Assembly: GCF_006345805.1 (NCBI RefSeq)
Contig: NC_043004.1
Span: 42,222,001-42,286,000, forward strand
Reading direction: 5' to 3'
DNA length: 64,000 nucleotides
Origin: Octopus sinensis
Lineage: Eukaryota
Part shown: one piece after another, positions 13,443 through 26,983 of the stretch
Layout of the letters: each line of letters opens with the position of its first letter
Position numbering within the stretch: the stretch's first letter is position 1
The notes under the pieces: model-generated
Told to the model about the DNA's origin: nothing
Database searches by the model: none
Seen by the model: only the letters and a program-made list of their open reading frames with translations
Translations under genes and position numbers: made by a program

Positions 13443-13860
13443 TTCGGCCGGATATCCTATTGAAAGAAACACCGTCGGTCAGATATTGTCACGTTGAATA
13501 AGAGAATCAAATATTGTTAGCTCATTGATGTAGCAATACCAAATGACATGAATGTTGTGAGGGAAGTGGTTGAAAAAATCGCCAAGTACTCCGAATTCAA
13601 AGTGGAAATGGCAAGACTGTATGGAATGCGAGAAGGTAATGTAAAAGTGATAACAATGGTGATCGGTGCGTTCGGCTCAATCCCATTGAAACTTCAAAAC
13701 TTCTTAAAACAACTGGAAATCCAATGCAAAATTGATGTCTTGCAAAAAGCAGCCTTATTGGGCACAACGCACATGATAAGGGAAGTATTATGTGTGAGGC
13801 CCTTGTTGTGACTTGGCAGGTGACTAAATTCTCCGGTGCATTTTTACCTACACTGTGATA
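13440..13860 (+). mobile_element. Second R4/Dong-like element, 5'-truncated 3' end (RLE domain)
   Basis: LIDVAIPNDMNVVREVVEKIAKYSEFKVEMARLYG...VITMVIGAFGSIP...LQKAALLGTTHMIREVL; bounded by (AAT)n on both sides. Confidence 0.88.
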
Positions 13861-13879
13861 CGAAGGAATAATAATGATA

Positions 13880-14076
13880 ATAAGCCATTTAAGAAACAAA
13901 CAAAACCGTTAGATTCACTTTAACATTTAAATTTAATTTGTTAAAATATTTTCGTCGCTTTGAGACCGCGACAAAGTGAACAGGTCGCGGTCTCAAAGCG
14001 ACGAAAATATTTTGACAAATTAAACTTAAATGTTGAAGTGAATCTAACGGTTTTGTCTGTTTCTTAAATGGCTTAT
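13880..14076. repeat. Near-perfect hairpin, 93-bp arms, 11-nt spacer
   Basis: 13880-13972 vs 13984-14076 are reverse-complementary with about 4 mismatches; spacer AAAGTGAACAG. Confidence 0.95.
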
Positions 14077-14177
14077 AAACACACCTTCCACGCTGCAATT
14101 GTTTTCGTTCCAGCATACGATCTCAGATCAAGTCACTCGCTATGCAAGTACATCTCCGTAAATAATGATAATAATAG

Positions 14178-14250
14178 GCATAAAACCTAATTTAATACAG
14201 CACCAGAAAACAGTGTTGAATACGTTGGAGGTTTCTTGACATCTAAGGTC
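14178..14250 (+). mobile_element. Third R4-like 3' scrap
   Basis: AGGCATAAAACCTAATTTAATACAGCACCAGAAAACAGTGTT... matches 13245-13330; preceded by AAT repeats. Confidence 0.7.
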
Positions 14251-15446
14251 TCTTGTTACTGCCCAGTGTTAGGAACTGTTCCAAAAGTTTGATATGTTGT
14301 TTGTATATGAAATAATAAGGAAATATATTTGGAAAGTATTAAATACACTGAATTTAAAGTGTTACGAATCAATAACAACCGTATGGGGTACAGTTAAAAG
14401 AAGGCTGATGACATTTTCAGGCACCCATTTACTTGCTTTACACTCTAATGGCAAGATTAGACATGTTCGACTGAGTTAAGTAATGAAATTGACTTGCAAG
14501 GAACGGCATTTATTGATATGTTGTTGAAAATCTCCCTCGGCTTAAACGAAGGAAAACGAAGATGTATGATGATCTTAATTTCAAGCAAATCAAAAAGAAA
14601 TATTGGAAACTATGACATTCCAGTGTACGAAAAATATGTAAAGCGAAAACCACAAGATGAAAGTGAACAGCTGAATGAATTAGCATATATACATACACAC
14701 ATACATACATACATACATACATACATGCCTACATACATACATGAATACATACATACATACATACGTATATGTGTTCACACAAACACCTCCACAAACCATA
14801 CATACACGCATACAAACATGCATACACGCACACACTTACACACATATACACGCACACAAGCACACGCACATATAAACGCACATACGTAGATGCTATATAT
14901 CGTGAGAGGAAGTGGTTCCAAACTAACTGCATCCGTTATTATAGAGCGAGAAATATTTGCCAGTGTTGCTGTCAATCAAGAACGAGAGAAAAAGGACAAA
15001 TAATTGTATTTATGTGTTTGTGTGTGTGTGTTTCTGTGTATTATATACATATTTATATATTTATATATATACATGTATGTATGTTTAAGAAAAAATAATG
15101 CTATAAAACTAGAATAAAAATTACCCAAGAAATAAAAACTTCTCCAGGAATCAACGCAGAAAATTTATTCGTACTAATTTGTATATTCTTTTCTTTCTTA
15201 CCTTCCTAACGCTGGATTTACTTCTCTGCAATAAGGGAATATAGGGAAAGCAGAGAAACAAGCTTATATAAATAAGCGAGGAGGGAAGTAAAGGCAAAAT
15301 GGTGGATATCAGAGAATTGAGCTATATTATTTTGTATTTCATTTTAACTTGATTTAGCAAGAATTTCTAGATAAATATAATTAGGTTCGAAAACATTTAC
15401 TCCCGACTAGAAACTTGTAAAAGTTGTCACATCTCAACAAACTAAG

Positions 15447-15545
<99 letters not shown>

Positions 15546-15546
15546 C

Positions 15547-15578
<32 letters not shown>

Positions 15579-15680
15579 GCATATACATATACATAACATA
15601 TATACATACACACACACATATATATATATATATATACATACATACATATATATATACATATATGTATGTTTATATATATA

Positions 15681-15712
<32 letters not shown>

Positions 15713-16342
15713 CTATATATATATATATATATTGATCGATCGATCGTTCTATCTATGAATCCACCTATCCTGCTATTGATCGACTGGCTTATTTAACTAC
15801 CAATCTCTATGAAAATCTATAAAATATTTACAATGTGTGTCAAATGATATTAACTGTTTGATATGATGCAGACCAATACCTGATTTCATAGACTTGTGTT
15901 TTCGTTATACTTACAAGTTTGTCTATATTTTTGTCACTCTTACAGCGTGTCTATATAAATTTCATTCTAGCAAGCGAGGTATTTTTTTTTCAACTGTATG
16001 CGTTTAATGTGTCTGGTTTTAAATTTCAATTTACTCTCTCGCTTATTGTTTATCATGTGGAAAATCTCTCGGAAAAAATACAGATATACAACGAACACGC
16101 GCGCATAAATGCTCATACACGCAGTAATACGCATACACCCTCACTTCATACGCATTCACAAAGACAGGCATGTACTGAATCAGCGCCAACATTTACGAAG
16201 AGAATAACAACACAGAGAACAAATTTTTAGGTGTAATGATAAGTCTGACACTCAATGAGAGAGAGAGTGTAAATGCGTGGAAGTGTATTTGACTGTCCAA
16301 AGCTTTTCTTCAGGAAGTTTGATGAGCAGAAGAAACTCTCAC

Positions 16343-16720
16343 CTACTCACGCATTCACTAACTCATTCACTCGCCCACTCACTCACTCGCTCACTCACTC
16401 ACTCACTCACTCACGCATTCACTCACTCACTCACTCACTCACTCACTCACTCACTCACGCACTCACTTAGTCACGCACTCGCGCACTCACTCACTCACGC
16501 ACTCACTCACTCACGCACTCACTCACTCACTCACGCACTCACTCACACACTCACGCACTCACTCACCCACTCACTCACACACTCACTCACACACTCACTC
16601 ACTCACGCACTCACTCACTCACGCACTCACTCATTCATTCACTCACTCACTCACTCACGCACTCACTCACTCACTAACTCATTCACTCATCCACTCACTC
16701 ATTCACTCACTCACTCACTC
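16343..16720. repeat. (ACTC)n/(ACGC) tetranucleotide array
   Basis: Direct reading; explains the LTHS-repeat ORFs. Confidence 0.95.
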
Positions 16721-16808
16721 TTTCCATTTCTCCCTCTCTCTTTCTCTGTATATATTTGTGTGCGTACACACTGTCCCACCACACTTATACATATAAGTAT
16801 ATGCCTAC

Positions 16809-17228
16809 ATACCTATTTCTTTACTACCCACAAGGGGCTAAAAACAGAAGGGACAAACAAGGACAGACAAACGGATTAAGTCGATTATATAGACCCCAGT
16901 GCATAACTGTTACTTATTTAATCGACCCCGAAAGGATGAAAGGCAAAGTCGACCACGGTGGAATTTGAACTCAGAACGTAGCGGCAGACGAAATACCTAT
17001 TTCTTTACTACCCACAACGGGCTAAACACAAAAGGGACAAGCAAGGACAGACAAACGGATTAAGTCGATTATATCAACCCCTGTGCGTAACTGGTACTTA
17101 TTTAATCGACCCCGAAAGGATGAAAGGTAAAGTCGACCTCGGCGAAATTTGAACTCAGAACGTAGCGGCAGACGAAATACTGCTAAGCATTTCGCCCGGC
17201 GTGCTAACGTTTCTGCCAGCTCGCCGCC
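16809..17228 (-). mobile_element. tRNA-derived SINE family B, head-to-tail dimer
   Basis: Minus-strand head GGCGGCGAGCTGGCAGAAACGTTAG..GAGTTCAAATT (A/B boxes) and core GTCGACTTT.CCTTTCATCCTTTCGGGGTCGAT. Full copy about 16993-17228, plus a 5'-truncated copy about 16809-16997. Confidence 0.9.
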
Positions 17229-17807
17229 TTAATATGACTGGGTATCATACATATATTTACATATGTATGTGTGCGTAAATATATATATTAGGTGGTTAAA
17301 TAACAGTTATTTTCTTTAGAGTATAGTATTATGCAAATTAAAGTGGCTATAGCAAATGTTTTCCAGTTTGTGTTTGATGTAAAGTGCCATAAACAGTTAA
17401 GTTTCATGGGAGTAGCCTATGATGGTGCAGCTACTCGGCTGGGACTTCAAACACAAATGCGTTTGCCCAAGGCAATTCTCAAGAATTTCTATCTACAATG
17501 GATATATCCAATTGTGTATACTTCTTTAGATTTTCCTGCAAGGCAAAAAATCGTACATAATTTTGATTATTCAGTAAAATGTGACTACTGCATAAACGTT
17601 AGTTTAATTATTTATGACAACTTTTAACAACATTTTCTTTTATGTAAATTAAATTGGAAATTTCAGGTGAGACTTAATTTGCATTTTACATAAAAACAAC
17701 TCCAAGCTAGCAATCTCTCTATGGAAAGAACTTGCAGATGTTTTTGGCCTAATGACTATCCAAGTAGAGGTGAAGATAATAAGGGAATTTCAATTGAGTT
17801 ATTGCTC

Positions 17808-17862
<55 letters not shown>

Positions 17863-17913
17863 TACACCTTGTAACGAGAACAAATATGTGTCTCTCTTTG
17901 AAATTTCAGAAGT

Positions 17914-17985
<72 letters not shown>

Positions 17986-19689
17986 GCTATCTATCTATCT
18001 AGCTATCTATATATCTAAGTATGTGTAGATGTATGTATGTATGCATGTAGGTATGTATATATGTGTGCATGTATTATGTATCTATGTAGTATAATAAATA
18101 CTTGAGAAGACTGAGACAATGCGAAACTAGAAATGTCAAGACAGAAAAAAGCAACTGAAGTTTTATCTTATATTTGAATATTTAAGATTTATGGGCTCTT
18201 CATCAGGACACGTGGGAGAATGTAAAATGAGACATGTGATAAGATGTTGTTCAGATATGTCGGCGATGTTTGTGACATGAATATACTAATGATGTTATAA
18301 CAGTCAGCATGCTTCGTATAGCACCTTTCTTTGTTTTAGTAGTGGCTTTACTACGTGAATAAAGATGGGCACTTTGATCCGAAGGTTGCTCATATTACGT
18401 TCGGTGGCCTTAATGCATATTGTAGAAACCTTGATCAGGCACTTCCATGGGAATTTGTGCGAATGTGATCCTTGATAACGAATAAGCAGTTTTTTTACGA
18501 TGCTCACGATGATCTACCATCTTTTCTGCAGGCTTCCTTATGCTCTACATAGGCACTTTTTATAATATAGGCGTTTTTATAATATTGAAAGCACAATTAT
18601 ATTGTGTGCACACCGCAATGCTATGTGTCGTACGGTTTCTGGAAAGAAATCTATTCGGCTATGGATCTGAATGTATGTTTAGTTTATCCCTACCAATCAT
18701 ATGAAGGTAGAAAGCACAGCCGGGTTTGAATTATGGCCTCCTTATGAAAGTCATTAACTTCAGCGCTGCTGATTTGCTGTCATTTAGTACGATTTGTTTA
18801 GTAAGATTTTGTGCTACCGTTTCGTTTTGCTATCTTTACCAACTGTGTCAATGCACCTGTCGCTTATACCTGCGATTTCGATTTGTACGTAGGCACCTTT
18901 TGTTCTGAAGAATGGGGTCGATATATAATTTACAAACAGGATCTTACTGGCTGCTTTCTCGTAAAAGGTCGTGTGAATGGAACCTTCTTCCATAAACCTG
19001 AGCTGGAAGAGAAGCAGAGAGAATGTTCCAAATCTATCTGGGTTTTCAATTTCAATTTTATGTATTCGTCAGCGTAGCCGACTTTGCCCTTCATCCTTTC
19101 GAGCTCGATAAATTAAGTACCACCTGAGCACTGGAGTCGACGCACTCAACCTAGTCCCTTCCCTTGAACTGCTGGCCTCTGCCAGAATTTGAAATCAAAA
19201 CATAAGCTCCCATTATGTCTTTAGTTTAAAACATTTGTATACGGTACTTTAACATCAAAGTGTTTTTACTTCCGTTGTTAGGACACCGGATTTGTTTCAG
19301 TAGCCGAAATTGTGGAACTGTAAATGTTTCTAACTTATTTAATGTCAAATTTTCGAAAGTGATTTTTGTCTTCAGGATCCAAGTAGTGTTTTTGAAAATT
19401 TTCAGGTTAAATTTTGGAAACATTCGAGTGATTGGATAAAATTTAACAAGTTACCCGATATCCATTTTAATTTATTACCGGTGCTGCGAAAATCCGTTTT
19501 AATGTCGTGTCTTAATTTTGTCATTAAGACGTTGTGATAGACTAAACTTAACTCCTGGAATGCTGCGAGCTTGAGAAAACCATGACATCTTTTGACGAAT
19601 CACTAAGTTAAGGGAGAAGAAACACACCAACACCGGTTGACGCGCGTTGGTAGGGATTCACACACACTTACACACACACAAACATATAT

Positions 19690-19730
<41 letters not shown>

Positions 19731-19731
<1 letters not shown>

Positions 19732-20140
19732 TCTTTTACTCTTTTATTCTTTTACTTGTTTCAGTCATTTGACTGCGGCCATGCTGGAGCACCGCCTTTA
19801 GTCGAGCAAATCGAATCGACCCCGGGACTTATTCTTTGTAAGCCCAGTACTTATTCTATCGGTCTCTTTTGCCGAACCGCTAAGTAACGGGGACATAAAC
19901 ACACCAGCATCGATTGTCAAGCAATGCTAGGGGGACAAACACAGACACACAAACATACACACACATATATATATACATATATACGACAGGCTTCTTTCAG
20001 TTTCCGTCTACCAAATCCACTCACAAGGCTTTGGTCGGCTCGAGGCTATAGTAGAAGACACTTGCCCAAGATGCCACGCAGTGGGACTGAACCCGGAACC
20101 ATGTGGTTGGTTAGCAAGCTACTTACCACACAGCCACTCC
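19731..20140 (-). mobile_element. SINE family A, near full length
   Basis: Minus-strand tRNA-like head GGAGTGGCTGTGTGGTAAG...GGTTCAGTCCC, internal (TA/TG) microsatellite, tail ...GACTGAAACAAGTAAAAGA(ATAAAAGAG)n. Confidence 0.93.
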
Positions 20141-20489
20141 ATATTCATGCACACGTCTGGCTACCTGCAGTTTTCGTCTACCAAATACATTCAGAAAGCT
20201 TTGGCCGGGCAGAGGAAATAGTAGAAAATTCTTGCTCAAGATGCCATGCAAAGAAACTCGAAAACATGTGGTACGGAATCAAACTTCCTACAAGACAACC
20301 AGGCCTGCGCCTAATTATGTACATATAGTTTATATGCATATATATTTTAAACAGTGCATATATATTAGCTGTCTATAATATATGTACGTTCTTTAACGGC
20401 TGAAAACTAACATAATAATTTACTTTTAGATTTATTTCATTAGAAATAATATAAAAAATAACCGCATGAAACTGAACTTTAAGGTAGGG

Positions 20490-21055
20490 GAAGCTTGAAA
20501 ACGCTACTGGAAATTTGAAAATGCAGTCGAAATAAAAAGGCGAAACCATCTACGTGATTGACTGTCATTCGAAATAGCAACAAGCCTGATGCAGAAGAAA
20601 ATGTTTTGAGTGTCCGCAAGAAACGCTCCCAGACACCGCAGACTCTGGAATTTCAAACTCCAGCATTGATCAGATTTGTGAAGCGCCCTCATTAGAAACG
20701 TCACCTGCCGAGAAGAGCATATGCTCCAACTGAGTATTGTGAACGGCAATAGGCTACATGTATAAAAGATGTACACATTGCAACAAATATTTTTTTTAGT
20801 AATGAGGCTATATTTAAATTAACTGATTCAATTAACCGCCACAGTAGCCCCTACTGGGATCCAGAAAACCTGCATATACGAAGGAACGTAATTTGCTGGG
20901 AGTTAAAATATGGAGCGCCTTATCAAAACTTTAAGTGGACCGTTAACTATTGACGTTAATGTGAATGACACCATATACTTGAACTTGCTGCGACAGTCTC
21001 TCATGTCAAGCATTCAAGATGTTTTTGAAGATGAGGAAATATATTTCCAGCAAAT
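20490..21055 (+). mobile_element. Decayed Tc1/mariner-superfamily transposase
   Basis: YWKFENAVEIKR... and NEAIFKLTDSINRHSSPYWDPENLH...GP....VNDTIYLNLLRQSLMSSIQDVFEDEEIYFQQ match the SDEA.F.L.G.VN.HN..YW..ENP...FQQDGA pattern. Confidence 0.75.
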
Positions 21056-21631
21056 CTAAATGCATAACTACGTGTACCATATAGATATCTAATTACATTT
21101 TGAAAAAAGAAAAAAATATTATCAGACGCTGGGAATTTGATTAAAATATTGGAGTAAATTTTTTTTTAATGTATGGAAATATGGAAAGATATTCATAAAA
21201 AACACGTAACTGTTACTTCATTTTGAAGAGTTTTAAAGATAAGTCATGAAAATAAATTACAGAAGCTTAAATAACTACTTAAACATTTCCGATTTTGTAA
21301 ACAACAAGCCATGAGAACAAATATGTTTCTTACTTTTGGAATTCAACGTATCTATATAAACTTGTTATTACTTTGCAAATAGAAGTTTCGATTTGTTAAT
21401 ATTTTTGGAGCATACTTCGACAAATATTGATTTCTAACAGCATATACAATACAACGTATTTTGGGGATGGACACATTGAAATAATCAATTCCAATGTTTA
21501 CTAGCACAGTGTACTGGCAAAAGTGGATAAGGCAGCTAGGTGTGAGAATGAACCGGAACACTGTAAGTTGTGTATTGCAATAATTTCTGTGTTGATCACT
21601 CTCCTCCCTGAACACAAGCAACTAACTTTGC

Positions 21632-21678
<47 letters not shown>

Positions 21679-21724
21679 GATCGCATCAGCTGGAGCCCTC
21701 ATCAGTGTAACCGACGGAGTGCCA

Positions 21725-21764
<40 letters not shown>

Positions 21765-21771
<7 letters not shown>

Positions 21772-21985
21772 TGTGTCTTTATGTTTGACCTCGGACACAC
21801 TGCTTGATAACCGGTAATGGTGTGTTTAAGTCACTGTAACTTAGTCGTTTGGCAAAAAAGACCTCATAGAATATAAATCCCAAGCATTAAAAGATAAGTA
21901 CTGGGGTCTTCCCATTCGACTAAATATTCTTCTAGACGGTTCCCTAACATAACCGCAGTCTAATGACTGAAACAAGTAAAAGATT
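21765..21985 (+). mobile_element. SINE family A, 3' half (diverged)
   Basis: ...TAACTTAGTCGTTTGGCAAAAAGACC...AATGACTGAAACAAGTAAAAGA matches the family tail. Confidence 0.8.
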
Positions 21986-23300
21986 CGACATTTAACAGCT
22001 CGTGATCGCCATTGCACCTTCATTAGTAGCAGAAATATATTTATCATTTTATTAGTTAACACGTGGGCACCGCATTACTTTTTGAATTTATACTGGTTAC
22101 AGTCCAAAGTAGCAGTAATAAGATATTTGTAAAATGAAACAAACAAGGATTTATTGGGTATCGAACTTGTGTCACATATTCACTACGTCTGTTATACTAT
22201 CTAGCAAAGGTTTACATTATTCTTTTGATAACATGGAAAACAGCAGTGTATTTAAAAATTTGTTATTTTTTATAGGATGGTGAATAAGTACTGTGCTTAC
22301 ACTGACATAAGTCTTGAGCTATATATCAGGACAAATTGTTCGTCTATCAAACTGAAACCTATATGAATCTGTATGATTTACATCACATTCACAAAGTTTT
22401 TAATATTCCTTAGCGTGGCGCCTCGCTGTATGGGAGAATATATTACTTTACCGTGTTATTATATTCGAGAATGCAATTATATTTCCACCAATGTCTAATT
22501 CTCTAATATCACAATGGTTCTGAAAAAGTCGAAAGATAATATATTCGAATGAACATTTTCATGAAATTCCAATATCTGAAGAGGCGACAATTTCAAGCAT
22601 AATACGTGAAATTACTGCAGGTCTTGGTCTCAAGAGAGTTCAAAGAGTTTAAAGAAAGAAATATTAGCGGAAGCATCTTTTAATATGTAGGTATTTAATA
22701 ATGTCAATATCAGTCTGATCTACACGGTAAGAGCATCTGTTGAATTTAATTTCGCCCAACAAATAAAGGATTTTATTTTGTTTATTGCTAATGGTTTGAG
22801 ATTTATTCTTAATATTCTGCTGTTTATACAACGAGTTCGGTGTGGTGAGAGTGAGTGTCGCAATAAATTGGTTATGTAACTACAGGAAAATTGTCCATGC
22901 CCCCACATTTCTATTGAAATATAAGGTAAGTTATTGGATTTCACTGTTCCGCAATGCACCCGCACACATACGCACACACACACTTGCACATACACACATA
23001 CACACACAGCTCCCCGTTTATATATTACTAGTGACTTGGCATTTTATGTTACTATATCAATTTCACCAAAGTCGCATACAAAAACGAATCTTCAAATATA
23101 AATGCACACATCGAACACATACAGAAATCACACACAACAATGCATATATATATTCCATCACACAAATCTCTCTCTCTATCTCTCTCTCTCTGTATATATA
23201 CATATATATATATATTTATTTATTTATTTATTTATTTATATATTTATATGTGTGTGCGTACGTTTGCGTGCGTTTGTGTATTTGTATGCATGTATATTTG

Positions 23301-23363
<63 letters not shown>

Positions 23364-24049
23364 CAAGAATGTATTGCATTTGTGGATAAATAATTTCTCT
23401 TAATAATAAAGTGCTCTCAACATATTGTCGTTTTCGTTTTGCCGAACACTTTCGTTGTTTCGTTGAGAAAGGCACTCAACTCAAAATATTTTATTTGTAG
23501 ACACCCTCTAGGAATAGAAATCTGATCATTGGAAATTGAATACTCTTGTAAAAGATATATCCTTTGGGGCGAATGCTCCTGTCGCCAAAGACTCACGGCA
23601 GTTCATTATTATGTTAATCTTCAATCATTACAATAGTAATACTCTAGATTATTTCGAGTTTAGAACTACAGAGAAAAGTTCTAAACTTTTGCACAGAAGG
23701 CAATTGTTTATGATCCGAAGACAGCCTGCAATAACATCTACGCACATAAATAAAACTTGTTCATTGTGAGGATTAATTCTTTTTGTCTAATACAGCCAGC
23801 TTGATTTTATTCAAAATCTTATAAAAGAATGATGTTTCGAAACAATTTCTTTCATTGAAAAAATAAGAAAAGAATTATAAAAACAAGTAATTAGTGACAT
23901 GGTTAGTCCTTTCCCCTGTTATTCGTAGTCTTAATACCCCAATTGCATGCGCAGTGCAATAATTTTTCTTTCGTCATAACAAATCTGGCATCTCAACTTA
24001 ACTAGATAAAGTTTTCTTTTCATGATCATTTATTTGTAACCAGATCAGT

Positions 24050-24700
24050 TTATCACTTGTCAATTCCAACAGCCCCAGTTTCACACTCACGAAAGGAAGA
24101 TCAATCGGACATCTAGAGATCAAAAAATAACTGATGTAGATTATGCTGATGATTTAGCCTTCCTCACTGACAATATTAAACTCTATTCAATTACTTCAAG
24201 GTCTAGAATTAACTGCACATGATGTTGGCTTACTTCTTAATCCTAGTAAATCCAAGTTCATTGCTCACAGTCAGCAAGGAGCCATCAGCAGCATCAGTGG
24301 AAAGCCCATCAATCACGTAGAGGACTTCATGTACATCGGTTCTTACATAGGTTCAACTGAAAAGGATGTAAAACCTCGGACAACCCAAGCATGGTCGTTC
24401 TTAAGCATACTGGATGTTGTCTGAAAAGTCAACCGTCAGATAACATTAAGAGGATTCCACCATTATAAGAGAAAGGCGCTTGTACTTCGCAGGACATTAC
24501 TGGCAAAATGGTAAGTGATCAGCTGCAATGGATAACAAAGCATGACCGTGTTCGTGCAGGTCATACGAACCGACATATGTAGATGAACTTATCAGAAACA
24601 GTGGATGTCTCCCTAGAGCCCTCTTTCATGTAATGTAGATCAAGATAGATGGTGTCAGCGGGTTAAAAATGTCTGAGAAAGATCGACTAGATGATGGTGA
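24050..24700 (+). mobile_element. RTE/RTE-X-like LINE 3' fragment (RT)
   Basis: ITDVDYADDLAFLTDNI (YADD motif), then HDVGLLLNPSKSKF..HVEDFMYIGSYIGSTEKDVK..AWS..; ends in ATGATGGTGAT-type tail. Confidence 0.85.
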
Positions 24701-24986
24701 TACTGACGTTATTATCGTTGTTTTTGAAAGCATATTAGATCTACGGTAATAATGCAGGTAACATTTCAGGGTACATTCTAGATGAAATGTACATAAAGTC
24801 TATTTATTCGAAGGACTAACACTAAAGAAAACTATCACAGAAATGAAGAATACCGTTATGATAAGAATCAAAGTTTACTGAAGAGCTTCCATGTCATTTG
24901 AACAAAAAGGTGCTTTAAAACATTCAAAAGATAATATCTGTGATAATTAGAATCTTGTTCAGATGAAACAAACGAATTCTAAAGTA

Positions 24987-25831
24987 TTCGGTCGTCCCAT
25001 AAATAATTTGGTCTCGGAGGGAGACGGGATAATCTACTTGCATCAACTTGCTATAAAGGCAGTCATTAATTTTAGCTTGTGCTTATTCTTAGAGCAAGTT
25101 TTGAAGAGTGCAGTTCGATTTTAACAGATATTTTTTCAAAGCTATAATGGAAGTGACAAAGGAGCATATTTGGCATATTCTGCTTTACGAGTTCAATAGA
25201 GGCAACAATCCAACGGAAAGTGTGAGGAATATTAATGTAGTAGATAGGGATCGGACAATAAGCGTGAGCCAGAGTCACCGGTGGTTCCAGAAATTCTGAG
25301 CCGAAAACTACAGCTCAGAAGACGACTCTCTTTCTGGAAGTTCCGGAGTGCTCGAAGAGGTCGTCCTGCAAATGTTGGTGGAACAAAATCCCATCGTAAC
25401 TATTGGGGAACTAGCAGAGAAGCTTGGAAGCTAGAGGAAAAGCGTCAATCTTTGGTTTCAAGACGAAAGGTGTTCTTCCATCAGGTTCTTTCATCAATTG
25501 GCCTCATACAGCGAGGATGACATGACAAAGGCTTGAGCTGTTAGAATGGGAAACCATGCTCCACTCATCATATTCCCCGGACATTGCACCATCTGATTAT
25601 CATTTATTCCAAAGTTTTCAAAATCATTTGGACGAAAAAAATACGAATTCTGTTGACGTGGTCAGAACAGTACTGAAGAAGTAATTTTCGTCACGAACAA
25701 ATGAATTTTGGAAGAGGGCTCAGACTGTCGAAAATGAAGGAGTGTATATTTTAGATATAAAAAAAACCCTGTTAATCATAATTTTGAAAAATAAAAGTAT
25801 AAAGAACCGTATTATTTATGGGATGACCCAC
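24987..25831 (+). mobile_element. mariner transposon, internally deleted, both TIRs present
   Basis: TA|TTCGGTCGTCCCATAAATAAT ... ATTATTTATGGGATGACCCAC|TA (21-bp TIR, TA TSD). N-terminal HTH MEVTKEHIWHILLYEFNRGNN..RWFQKF joined to C-terminal ..EWETMLHSSYSPDIAPSDYHLF. Confidence 0.92.
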
Positions 25832-26379
25832 TATAATACTGCATTGGACTTAGCTGACACAAACACATACCTTTAATTATTAATTTCAAATTTTGTATTG
25901 ACTATTTTTAACATATTGAAATATATAGGCGGTGCTCCAGCATGGCCACAGTCAAATGACTGAAAAAAGTAAAATAAAAAAAAATATGAACCCTTTGAAT
26001 ATCTCTATAATAAAAAATACAACAAAGATTGATCACTTAATTATTTGATTGTTTTCCAAGTGTTTTCCAAATCTTATAAAGTGAATGAATCGTTAAAAAG
26101 AAACAATAACCTTGATTCTATAACGAGTACAGACGGATATATTTAAAAAAAAACGGCTATTAGCGCGATATTAAAAAGGTTTATCTGCAATTGTTTGTTT
26201 GCGTACCTATTAGAAAGCGGGCAAAGTAAATAATAATGCGTACACATTAGCTCTCCCATTATATATAATTCCACTGTGAGGCTTTTAAAACTCACCTGCG
26301 TCATCTACTCTGCCTTCCTCACACGCTCATATACTTTGTCAAGCAGTTTTCACACCTGAGGGTTTCACTTCATCCAATG

Positions 26380-26880
26380 TCTCGAGTATGTTATCTTGGA
26401 CATCAATTATGCCGAACCTATTCCAGAAACAATAATTGTAGTTTTATTATCTGCATCAATTAGATTTATGAGTACTTTCAATTTCTCAGAATATACAAAT
26501 TGGAGCTATATATAATAATTTGATCTATTGGCTGGAGGAAAGAACATGTAAGTTTGAAGATATATTCTATTCTCACATTCTCAGACAATATCATTTACAT
26601 TCACTGACAGGCTACAAATAATGTCTAAATTGATTCATGCTTTGTTAGGAATATTACCCAAGGCAATATCTGTTTCTTCTCATAGCTAAAACATGTTTGC
26701 AAACCGGCCTTGGAAACTACTCGTCAGTCAAGCCTTCTTACGTGAATCTCAAATCAAAGGTACAAACAAATTTCTTCGCAGGCATACGCTTTCATAAAAG
26801 CAAAATTTCATCAATATTGTACGATTGTTCGTTGTGTATTATCCATCAGCAATTATTTTCTGTAGATACTGAGTAAAGTT
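26380..26880 (-). mobile_element. Decayed pogo/Tigger-like transposase fragment
   Basis: Minus-strand YNIDE..L..K.MP and CSFLQPIDQIIIYS..LYILR resemble the pogo motifs FN.DETGL and SLIQP.DQG.I..FKA.Y. Confidence 0.55.
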
Positions 26881-26983
26881 AGTATTATAACTGACAGCGT
26901 CACCGATGTCTTAATACATAATCTGTGCGAAGCGGCGTGATAGAAGAATCGTTAGCATGCTGGGCGAAATTTTTAGCAGTATT

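Noticed and set aside
16340-17230. Spaced repeats as a CRISPR-like array
   Set aside because: They are a microsatellite and a SINE dimer; there are no unique spacers or cas genes, and the context is eukaryotic.
18180-18215. Minus-strand CTGATGAAGAGCCC hammerhead-like start
   Set aside because: The helix II partner and GAAA are not intact; at most a decayed Penelope-type end.
22886-22925. 40-nt + strand exon candidate with a perfect AAG|GTAAGT donor (KIVHAPTFLLKYK)
   Set aside because: It could not be chained in phase with other + strand candidates (2590-2688, 17530-17597, 44907-44929); such sites are expected by chance in 64 kb.
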